NCBI GenBank assembly: GCA_963669175.1
Contig: OY769902.1
Span: forward strand, 192,001 to 256,000
Length of the DNA stretch: 64,000 nucleotides
DNA from: a bacterium
GTDB lineage: Bacteria > Electryoneota > Electryoneia > Electryoneales > Electryoneaceae
Reading direction: 5' to 3'
In this document: positions 52,217 through 60,872 of the stretch, in pieces
Layout: each line of letters opens with the position of its first letter
Numbering within the stretch: position 1 is the stretch's first letter
The notes under the pieces: model-generated
Databases searched by the model: none
What the model was told of the DNA's origin: nothing
The model's input: only the letters and a program-made list of their open reading frames with translations
Made by a program: the position numbers and the translations under genes

Positions 52217-54385
52217 ATGAATGCACGGGTTACTCTGTTACGTTTGATAATCCTCAACCTTTTGGGATTCTTCCTTTCATTTGCTCCTGTTTCAGCCCAG
52301 CAAATCGAATGGCAGTGGCGCAGTCCTTTCCCCGCCGGAAACAAACTGACTTGCATCTGGAATTTTGACGGTAACCATGTCATAGCAGCGGGTGAGTATG
52401 GCGTTTACCTGGAAACCTTCGATAGTGGCGAATCCTGGGATGTGGACTACCTGCCCTTTGCCCGGGAATGCAAATACCTTCACTTCTTTGGCGACCAACG
52501 GGGGATCATGCTCACCTGGTGCAGAGATAATCTGTTCAGGTTATACGCCACGGATGATTGCGGACAGACCTGGGAAGAAAGTTATACGTTTGACTTCTTC
52601 TATGTTGATGCCAGTTTTATATCGCCGGATACTGGTTGGGTAACTACTCGCATGTTTCAGACGCCTGGAACCTACTTTACGATGCGAACCTGTGACGGTG
52701 GCCGAAACTGGACTACCCTGCCCACAGATACTCTCGAATTCCAGAAACACCATTTTGTCAATGGAAGTGAAGGGTGGGCTGTGCTTGACAACCAAACGGT
52801 TGCCCAGACAGTCGATCGCGGTGACACCTGGACGATCATGGAATTGGATGGTTTCAGTTTCTTGAATACACCGGACCTCTATTTCAGCAGCATGGATTAC
52901 GGTATGGTGGTAGGATATTTCACCATTGCTGTTACTCAGGATAGAGGGGGGACTTGGGATGTTGCTTATGTCATGAATGATTTTACAAGACAAGGCATTG
53001 TTGATCAAGGTAACCTATTCATAGTAAGTGATTCTGGATATATCTACGCTTCCCGAGATAGCGGCTCAACCTGGACAAACGATCATTATCCCATTCCCAC
53101 TCTATTTCCTACGCAACTCAATCTTTATGATATCCACGGTAGCACTGATGTCGGATACTGGGCTTGTGGCAATTTTGGGCAGTTGTTAAAGCTTTCTGCT
53201 GGCGGTGAAGAATGGGAGCTGATCTGTGAATCTGAATACTTCAATTGTACTGGTGTTAGTTTCCCAAACGATTCTCTTGGATTCCTTGTCGGGAACTTTA
53301 GGTATAATGCGGTTTCTGAAGATGGCGGAATAACCTGGACCAGAGATTATTCAGTACAATATAGGGAACGTCAAACCCCATTGGATGTATTCTTTCTTAA
53401 CGACTCTCTCGGTTGGATCTGCGGGACAGGCCACTTATTAGTCCGTACACACGATGGAGGTGTTACGTGGGAACACATTGAAATTGACGAGTCAACACTA
53501 GCGACAATACACTTCATTGATGAACAACATGGCTTTTTATCAAGTTATTATGGCGCACTTTACGAAAGCCATAATTCAGGCTATTCCTGGGATTTAGTAC
53601 ATGGTGAGTTTTGTGATTATGTTTCCGATCTCTCTTTTTTTGACAATTTGGGATTTCTTCCTGGATCCTCCAATTCTTTAGTAACGCATGATCTTGGCGC
53701 TTCATGGCATATTGTTAACGAAGGATTCCTAAAGATTATTTCTATAGGTGATATTTGTTATGGATTACGTAGAGTAGAGGTAGGGCCTTATACAGATGAA
53801 TCCTATCTTCACGTTTCTTATGACCAAGGTTTGACCTGGGAATACCGTTCCTACATCTGCGAATCCTACCCGCATGATATGTATTTCTTTTCCGAAACAT
53901 ATGGACTTGTTGTTGGCGGGGATGGCTCATGTTACCTAACCCATGATGGTGGAGAAAGCTGGGAGTGGTTGGATTTAAGGACAGATGTAGACTTCATGAG
54001 AATTTCAGTACACGATGATGGCAGAGTAATGCTGTATGGCGCAGAAAGTGCCATCATTGAACTTATCAACATGCTTGATATTGAAGAACAGCAAACATCT
54101 GAAACGTGCGATAGTGATGTTTTGGAAGTATCGTTGTTTCCCAACCCGACCAACGGTTCTCTGACAATTGATTTGCAGAATATAGGATCAGAATCCTGTT
54201 TCTTATCCATCTACAATTTATTGGGGCAACAGGTTTATAACAGACATTTTCAACCCTCTTCTGGTGGGTTCAGAAGGTGGTCATTAAATCTTGATCATGA
54301 GCTTTCCTGTTCTGGATACTACTTTGTTGCAGTGGAAGATGCATCCGGTGCGAGAAGTGTGTCCAAGGTTTTGTACTTGAAATGA
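52217..54385 (+). CDS. YCF48-like BNR-repeat beta-propeller protein with T9SS CTD
   Basis: Signal peptide; more than 10 TxDGGxTW-like boxes; FPNPTNG...YNLLGQ...SGYYF...LYLK. Confidence 0.88.
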   Translation: MNARVTLLRLIILNLLGFFLSFAPVSAQQIEWQWRSPFPAGNKLTCIWNFDGNHVIAAGEYGVYLETFDSGESWDVDYLPFARECKYLHFFGDQRGIMLTWCRDNLFRLYATDDCGQTWEESYTFDFFYVDASFISPDTGWVTTRMFQTPGTYFTMRTCDGGRNWTTLPTDTLEFQKHHFVNGSEGWAVLDNQTVAQTVDRGDTWTIMELDGFSFLNTPDLYFSSMDYGMVVGYFTIAVTQDRGGTWDVAYVMNDFTRQGIVDQGNLFIVSDSGYIYASRDSGSTWTNDHYPIPTLFPTQLNLYDIHGSTDVGYWACGNFGQLLKLSAGGEEWELICESEYFNCTGVSFPNDSLGFLVGNFRYNAVSEDGGITWTRDYSVQYRERQTPLDVFFLNDSLGWICGTGHLLVRTHDGGVTWEHIEIDESTLATIHFIDEQHGFLSSYYGALYESHNSGYSWDLVHGEFCDYVSDLSFFDNLGFLPGSSNSLVTHDLGASWHIVNEGFLKIISIGDICYGLRRVEVGPYTDESYLHVSYDQGLTWEYRSYICESYPHDMYFFSETYGLVVGGDGSCYLTHDGGESWEWLDLRTDVDFMRISVHDDGRVMLYGAESAIIELINMLDIEEQQTSETCDSDVLEVSLFPNPTNGSLTIDLQNIGSESCFLSIYNLLGQQVYNRHFQPSSGGFRRWSLNLDHELSCSGYYFVAVEDASGARSVSKVLYLK

Positions 54386-54449
54386 GGGTTTTAACCCGAC
54401 AGCAAGCAGTCGGGCCAAGCAGGAAAGCGCGGTGCGATCTCACAGGCAC

Positions 54450-54725
54450 AAGGGGACAGTCACCTTTTCGAAACATTTGTCACGAAGTACCTGACCTCCG
54501 CGCGACGAAAAGGAAACAGTCACCTTTTGCTGCTGGATTCCTTTTGGCCCCGTCCGGCTTGTCCCCTTTTGGCCCCGTCCGGCTTGAAACAGTCCGAAGC
54601 GAAGCGAAGGCTGTTGTCCGGCGGGGTTTATTTTAATTCATTTCAAGAAGTTAGTCCTTCAGTTGTTGTCCATACAAAAGGGGGAGGTGGAATCCTTTTC
54701 CGCGCGCCATATCATAAACACTCTC
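54450..54725. repeat. Nested repeats: AAAAGG palindromes, 25-bp tandem duplication, GCGAAGC element
   Basis: Units at 54450 and 54508; cttttggccccgtccggcttg at 54541 and 54566; homology to 8644-8706; a further unit at 54676. Confidence 0.8.
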
Positions 54726-54740
54726 GATACACTGTTGGAA

Positions 54741-54947
54741 TTAGCCTGCTTCAGCAGGCTCTTTTTAGCACCCGGCTTTAGCCGGGGTGGAAAGATCCGG
54801 TCGAGCAGTCAGAGCGCGCTTTAGCGTGCTTGCCAGTAACAAATTCTGATTCCGGAAAGCACCCTGAAAGGCACTCGCCTTTTCTTTTACATCACGAACA
54901 CCCCGGCTGAAGCCGGGTGCTAAGAAGAGCAGGCTAAAGCCTGCTAA
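54741..54947. repeat. TTAG-flanked six-hairpin element (IS200/IS605-end or REP-like)
   Basis: ttagcctgcttcagcaggct, cccggctttagccggg ... cccggctgaagccggg, agcaggctaaagcctgctaa; inverted partner at 60477-60681. Confidence 0.88.
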
Positions 54948-54973
54948 TACAAAATGTTGCTAATAACTCTCCA

Positions 54974-57900
54974 CTAATCCCTCGACTTCACCTCAACCGT
55001 AACTGAGGTCCACACCACCCCCGCCTCGGTGCCGGTGCCATCATCCACCTTGAGCTGAACCGTGTACGTTCCCGGTGTATCATAGGTATGCAGCACTTTC
55101 GGCCCGGTCGCGGTGATCTCGTCCCCGAAATCCCAGTAGAAGGTCAGGGGATCGCCATCAGGATCGGAGGAACCGGTCGCGTCAAACAGAACCGCGTCGT
55201 GCGCGCCACCGGCAAAAGCTTCACGATCCCCGCCTGCATTCGCGATGGGCGGCGTATTCACACGAACTTTGATCGATTCGCTCTGAATCCCGCAGGGTGT
55301 CCCGGAATCATCATGAACGGTTAACGTGACATCATAGGTGCCCGGCGTACTCCAGGCATGGACCGTTTCCGCATCCGGCGAACTCATGCCGTCACCGAAG
55401 TTCCATTCATAACGTGCTATCCATCCGTCCGGATCTTCAGAACCGGTCGCATCGAAGCTGACATCCGTATTCGGTGAAACGATTCTGTCATGTCCCGGGT
55501 CGGGAATCGGGGGCGCGTTTACCTTGACTGTCATGGTTTCCTGGGCACGGCTGTTGCCGACTCCCATTCCGTCATCCACGGTCAGCGTCACTTCGTAACG
55601 GCCCGGCGTTGCGAACGTGTGCGTGATCTCCTTACCGCTGGCTGTCCCGCCATCGCCGAATATCCAGGAATAGTTGATGTTCGATTCATCCTTCTTGGAA
55701 GCCGAACCTCGCAAACTCATTTCCACACCCGCGCAGACCACGGAATCCGCATAGATCACCGGAACCGGCGCATCGTTCACTGTCACTGTCAGGGTATCGT
55801 AAGCGAAGTTGTTGGCAAGTTGAGTATTATCCAACACATGCAGGACAACCTCATAGATTCCAGACGCTTCATATTGGTGACGCGGCTGAACCCCGACACC
55901 ACGGCTACCGTCGCCGAAATCCCAGTCATACATGGTAATCGCGCCATCCGGATCGGAAGATCCCAGCCCGTTCAACGAAACCACCTGGTTCACCCCGGCC
56001 AGCACGTCCTCACCCGCTTTGGCAACCGGGGCGGCGTTGATGATGACCAGGTTCTGAGCGCTGGTACGGTTACAATCAGTATCGGTGTCGGAACGCACCG
56101 TCAGCGTGACCATGTACTTGCCCGGCTTTTCGTAGGTGTGATTGACGATCTCACCCTGCCCGGCCTGTCCGTCCCCGAAGTTCCACGCGAATTCGCTGAT
56201 CGCCGCGCCGCCGCCTTCGGAAGCGCCTGCGTTGAACGTAATCGGCTCACCCAACCCGGCATGGGTCACACAGGTGAAGGTAGCCAATGGCGCTTCGTAT
56301 ACGGTAACCGTCATATCATCAGCGCCTGTGTTATCGCAGTCACCGATACGGTCGCCGGTAATCATCAGCGTTACACGGTACGAACCCGGCATCGTATAAA
56401 CGTGCGTCGGAGTCGGTCCGCCGCCGACACCACCATCACCGAAGTCCCACTGATAGCTGTTCACCAGTCCGTCCACGTCGGTGGATTTGGACCCGTCAAA
56501 GACAACGGTCGTATTTGCGCACACGGTCTGGTCCTCACCAGCATCCGCGACAGGGGATTCCGCTACACGCACTACGATCTGGTCCGTGCTGGTGGTGCCT
56601 TCGTTCAAGCCGGAATCGTCTTCCACGCGAAGCGTTACCAGGTAAACACCGCCGGTATCGTATATCTTGGTCGGGTTCACGCCCATCATGTCGGAACCAT
56701 CGCCGAAATCCCAATAGTACTTCAGCAGGCCGCCTTCGGGATCGATGGATGCGCTGCCGTCAAAGATGACCACTTCCCCGGCGCATACGGTCATGTCTTC
56801 CCCGGCATCTGCCACTGGAGCTTCGTTGATCTGGACCGTAATTGCTGCCGTCGCGGTAGCATTGTCCAATCCGCTGCCGTCATCCACAGTCAGGATCACC
56901 GGGTAACTGCCGCCCTGCTTGTAGGTATACTGAACGGTCTTGCCCTTGAGCGGCTTGCTGCCGTCGCCCGGGTCCCAGGTGAAGAAGAGACGGTCGCCAT
57001 CGGCATCGCTGGATGCACTGCCGTCGAGGGTGATGGTGCGGCCGGCTACATGCTGGTTCTTGCCTGCGTCTGCGACAGGCTGATGGTTGACCTTGATCAG
57101 CACACGTTCCTGCGCGGTAGAGTTTTCCACCATCGCATCATCGGTTACGGTCAAGGTGGCGACATACACACCCGCTTCATCAAAAATTCGGGTTGCTTTT
57201 TTGTCGTGAATGGTTTCGTATCCGTCGCTGAAATCCCAGGCAAAGGCTACGATTTTGCCGTCGGGATCGTAAGAACGCTTTCCGTTCAGCTTCACCTTGT
57301 CGCCCGGCGCGACTCGCACCTCATGGCCCGCAACCGCAACCGGCGCTTCGTTGATCGTAATCTGCGCCTGGTCATAACTCAATGCGGAAGCATGCCCGGT
57401 ATTGTCGTAAACTGTCAGCAGTGTATTATACACGCCCGGTTTTTCGAAAGCATGCAGAACAGTCATGCCGTTGTCCGATTTACCGTCACCGAATTCCCAG
57501 ATATACTGGTTCACGGTACCGTCCGGGTCGAACGAGCCGCTTCCGTCAAAGGTGAGCGCAACACCTGGCGCGCCAACCATATCCGGCCCGGCATCGGCAA
57601 TCGGCAGGTGGTTTACGATCACCTGCATCTCGTCAGAAACGCTCTGTGTAGAGGTCTTGGAATCGTCGGTTACGGTCAGGACAACAGTGTACGTCCCGGG
57701 ATTGGCGAACACATGCACCGGCGTAGGACCGTCGCCTTCGTAGCCATCCCCGAAATCCCAGTGATACTCGGTGATGATGCCGTCTTCATCGCTGGAACCG
57801 GACCCGTCAAACTGAACGTCACTGCTGGTCACCCACTGGTCTTCCCCGGCATTGGGCACCGGCGGGTAGTTGATGATCACATAGGCGGAATCGATGTTCG

Positions 57901-59851
57901 TGTCTGTCGTGGAACGGGAATCGTCCTGAACTTCCAGGATCACCCAATATGTCCCGGAGCTGACATAGCTGTGGCGAACAACCTCACCGTTTTCCTTCGC
58001 CGTGCCATCACCGAAATCCCAGGTATAACGAATCAGGGTATTGTCGTTATCGTAAGAATCTGTACCGTCAAACGTGATGACTTCCGCAGTTGCAACCCTG
58101 TGATCCGGTCCGGCTTCCGCGACTGGAGGATCGTTGACATAGACATTCAACCGGTCATTCGCACCGCTGTTACGTGCTCCGGAATTATCCGCAATATCGA
58201 GGATCACGGTATACGTGCCCGGGGCTGTGTACGAGTGGGTGACTGTCATTCCCTGCAAGGTTGTTCCATCACCCATATCCCAGGTAAACGCTGTAATGCC
58301 GCCGTCACTGTCACGGCTGTTCTCGCCGCTGATAGCGACTTCTTCCCCTACCGATGCGATGATATCATTCCCGATCTCAACCACCGGGGCAGCGTTGACC
58401 CATACTTCCAAATCATCGGTATCGAAGCTGCACGGGGTGCCTGAATTGTCCTCGACACGCAGGGTAACCGTGTAGAAATCCGGTTTGTCATACCGATGAT
58501 TCACCACCGGCCCCTGTGCCTTGAGACCATCGCCGAAATCCCAGAAGAAGCTGGTTACTTCGCCATCAGAATCGAATGAACCCGAACCGTCGAAGGTGAG
58601 CATTTCACCCGGCGTACAAGTGATATCCGGCCCCGCTTCCGCTTGAGGCGGACTGTTTACCAGCACGGTCATGGTCTTGAGAATACCGTTGCAGACCCGT
58701 CCCGAGGCTTCCTCGATAATGCAGGTGATCTCGTAGTTACCCGGCTCGGCATAGGTATGAGCGGTACGGCTTCCGGTTCCGGTCTGATCATCACCGAAAT
58801 ACCAGGTAAAGGTCAGCGCATCGCCATCGGGATCAGTGGTCCGGGAAGCGTCGAACAGCACGGTCTTGCAATCCGCCAGGAGTTCTGTTCCGAGTACGGG
58901 TGTCGGCGGTGTATTGGGACGTTGAATGTAAATCGGCAGATCGATTGCCAGCAGATTGCCCTTGTCATCGGAAACGTAAAAACCGCCGTCATTCGGCATT
59001 TCCTTGCCGCCCTCAAAACGCAAGGCACACAAGCGACCCACTTCAATCGGATCAAGACGGACCGAACTGGTCGCCCATTCGTTCTGACCGCCCGTTGAAA
59101 CGGGCAGATTGGAACGAAATGCGGTTTCCACACCGATGGTCGCGCCGGTTACATCGAAACCATGAACAGCTATCTCACGAATATTCTCCGGTACAAAGAA
59201 TCGCATTTCCGCGAACACACCGGGATTGGGCAAACGTATAGTCGGGGCATAGGTAAAGAGCTGTGCGCCAGCCGGGGGAAGGTTACGCTGGGCTACACGG
59301 CTGGGTTCCACGAGAAAAATATTGCCATCATCACCGGGGCCGCCTTCGACCACCAGCTTGAAATAATAGTTACTGTCAACCGGTTCACCCTGCGACGGGG
59401 CTACATGCGCAAGGTTAAACCACTGGTTGTCTTTGAAGGCATCTTCACCGACTGTCAGTTCTGCGAGAAGCTCGCCAGTGCCTCGCGCTCCAGCGCCCGG
59501 TGAAGGGCTGCGAAGACCGGAATTGGTAAACGCTCCGACGCCGCCATACAGCTTGAAGGATGTGGTGGTGTTGAAAACGCCACGGTAGCGGGCGTCATGC
59601 TGGCCGCCGCAGTCCGCGTCAAAGATGCGCACATACAACGAATCGCCCAATGTTGCCGGCACCTTCAGGAATATCACCTGCACAAAATCGTCGTCACCTT
59701 CATCCGTGTTGGAATCAGTGCCGTACGTGATCATGTAGGTACTTTGCTGGGCGAACACCAGAACCGGAAACAACAACAGGCCAACAAACAGGGTTCTCCC
59801 GTTCAGCCCGCGCAATATCGATGAAAACCAACTACGTTTCGAGGAACTCAC
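54974..59851 (-). CDS. Secreted protein with an uncharacterised N-terminal domain and 15 PKD repeats
   Basis: Signal peptide; 15 WxFGDG-type motifs counted; no T9SS CTD. Confidence 0.92.
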   Translation of the reverse strand: MSSSKRSWFSSILRGLNGRTLFVGLLLFPVLVFAQQSTYMITYGTDSNTDEGDDDFVQVIFLKVPATLGDSLYVRIFDADCGGQHDARYRGVFNTTTSFKLYGGVGAFTNSGLRSPSPGAGARGTGELLAELTVGEDAFKDNQWFNLAHVAPSQGEPVDSNYYFKLVVEGGPGDDGNIFLVEPSRVAQRNLPPAGAQLFTYAPTIRLPNPGVFAEMRFFVPENIREIAVHGFDVTGATIGVETAFRSNLPVSTGGQNEWATSSVRLDPIEVGRLCALRFEGGKEMPNDGGFYVSDDKGNLLAIDLPIYIQRPNTPPTPVLGTELLADCKTVLFDASRTTDPDGDALTFTWYFGDDQTGTGSRTAHTYAEPGNYEITCIIEEASGRVCNGILKTMTVLVNSPPQAEAGPDITCTPGEMLTFDGSGSFDSDGEVTSFFWDFGDGLKAQGPVVNHRYDKPDFYTVTLRVEDNSGTPCSFDTDDLEVWVNAAPVVEIGNDIIASVGEEVAISGENSRDSDGGITAFTWDMGDGTTLQGMTVTHSYTAPGTYTVILDIADNSGARNSGANDRLNVYVNDPPVAEAGPDHRVATAEVITFDGTDSYDNDNTLIRYTWDFGDGTAKENGEVVRHSYVSSGTYWVILEVQDDSRSTTDTNIDSAYVIINYPPVPNAGEDQWVTSSDVQFDGSGSSDEDGIITEYHWDFGDGYEGDGPTPVHVFANPGTYTVVLTVTDDSKTSTQSVSDEMQVIVNHLPIADAGPDMVGAPGVALTFDGSGSFDPDGTVNQYIWEFGDGKSDNGMTVLHAFEKPGVYNTLLTVYDNTGHASALSYDQAQITINEAPVAVAGHEVRVAPGDKVKLNGKRSYDPDGKIVAFAWDFSDGYETIHDKKATRIFDEAGVYVATLTVTDDAMVENSTAQERVLIKVNHQPVADAGKNQHVAGRTITLDGSASSDADGDRLFFTWDPGDGSKPLKGKTVQYTYKQGGSYPVILTVDDGSGLDNATATAAITVQINEAPVADAGEDMTVCAGEVVIFDGSASIDPEGGLLKYYWDFGDGSDMMGVNPTKIYDTGGVYLVTLRVEDDSGLNEGTTSTDQIVVRVAESPVADAGEDQTVCANTTVVFDGSKSTDVDGLVNSYQWDFGDGGVGGGPTPTHVYTMPGSYRVTLMITGDRIGDCDNTGADDMTVTVYEAPLATFTCVTHAGLGEPITFNAGASEGGGAAISEFAWNFGDGQAGQGEIVNHTYEKPGKYMVTLTVRSDTDTDCNRTSAQNLVIINAAPVAKAGEDVLAGVNQVVSLNGLGSSDPDGAITMYDWDFGDGSRGVGVQPRHQYEASGIYEVVLHVLDNTQLANNFAYDTLTVTVNDAPVPVIYADSVVCAGVEMSLRGSASKKDESNINYSWIFGDGGTASGKEITHTFATPGRYEVTLTVDDGMGVGNSRAQETMTVKVNAPPIPDPGHDRIVSPNTDVSFDATGSEDPDGWIARYEWNFGDGMSSPDAETVHAWSTPGTYDVTLTVHDDSGTPCGIQSESIKVRVNTPPIANAGGDREAFAGGAHDAVLFDATGSSDPDGDPLTFYWDFGDEITATGPKVLHTYDTPGTYTVQLKVDDGTGTEAGVVWTSVTVEVKSRD

Positions 59852-60476
59852 TGACTCACCCTCCCTGACCCTCTACCCCGTTGGATGTCATACTGAGAAG
59901 CGATAGTACTGTGAAATTGTGAGCAACTCAGGTGCCAGAAAAACAACAAGTAGGCTTCCAGAGCCACAACAGGGTAACAGAAACAAACACTTAGCCTCAA
60001 ACTACTAATAAAACTCGACTTAGCCTATCATTATCGGCTTGATCGCACATCTTCGCAACCCTATGAGAATTCTCCACTTCCAGCAACTATATAGAAAAAG
60101 AACCCCGCCCCGGAAAAAATGCTCAGGGGCTATAGATACATTCTCTATTGGCCTGAACTTCATGTCACACGAATCAAATAGCAAATGCGCAAGATTTGAT
60201 GGAACTCTGAATGTGTCAATTAACAGCTATGTAAGATTTGGCGGAATATAAAAAGGACACCCACTGAACTGATCCCACAAGAAAAGTGAACTATAGTATG
60301 TTTAAAAAAATGTCCCATCATGTCATCCCCGGCTTGAACCGTAGCGAATCGAAGCTTGCGGTGTGCGAAGCACAGCCGTGAACAGAACGGTGATCTCGCA
60401 GTTATTCTATTCCATGGGACATTAGTTTTACAACCTACTGTATTTCCATACGAAAAGTGTACAAAGATTCTGAATC

Positions 60477-60681
60477 TTAGCAGGCTTTAGCCTGCTCCTC
60501 TTAGCCCCCGGCTTCAGCCGGGGGAACAGATACGACAGGCATTCCGAGCGCCCTTAAGGGTGCTTTCCCAGGCAATGACGTCTATTACCTGAAAGCACGC
60601 TAAAGCGCGCTCATATATAAGGTTATCTTCACACACCCGGCTAAAGCCGGGTGCTAAGAGGAGCCTGCTGAAGCAGGCTAA
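60477..60681. repeat. TTAG-flanked six-hairpin element
   Basis: Same hairpin series as 54741-54947 in reverse order, with different spacers. Confidence 0.88.
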
Positions 60682-60746
60682 TTGCTATTGAAACGGTAGA
60701 ACTTCCGCGAAACAATATTCTAGACAACACCTATACCGATATTTAG

Positions 60747-60787
60747 AAGACTGGGTATTCAATTATTTAAAAGACTGGGTATTCAAT
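60747..60787. repeat. 17-bp direct repeat, 24-bp period
   Basis: aagactgggtattcaat at 60747 and 60771. Confidence 0.8.
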
Positions 60788-60872
60788 GAGATATAAGCAT
60801 ATCCAAAATCCCGACCTACCATAATCCCTGTTTGCTGCACCCTTTTCAGTACACGTATTCCAAATTGGACCA

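Noticed and set aside
55490-58444. 984-aa plus-strand ORF
   Set aside because: Antisense shadow of the repetitive, codon-biased PKD gene; no recognisable motifs.
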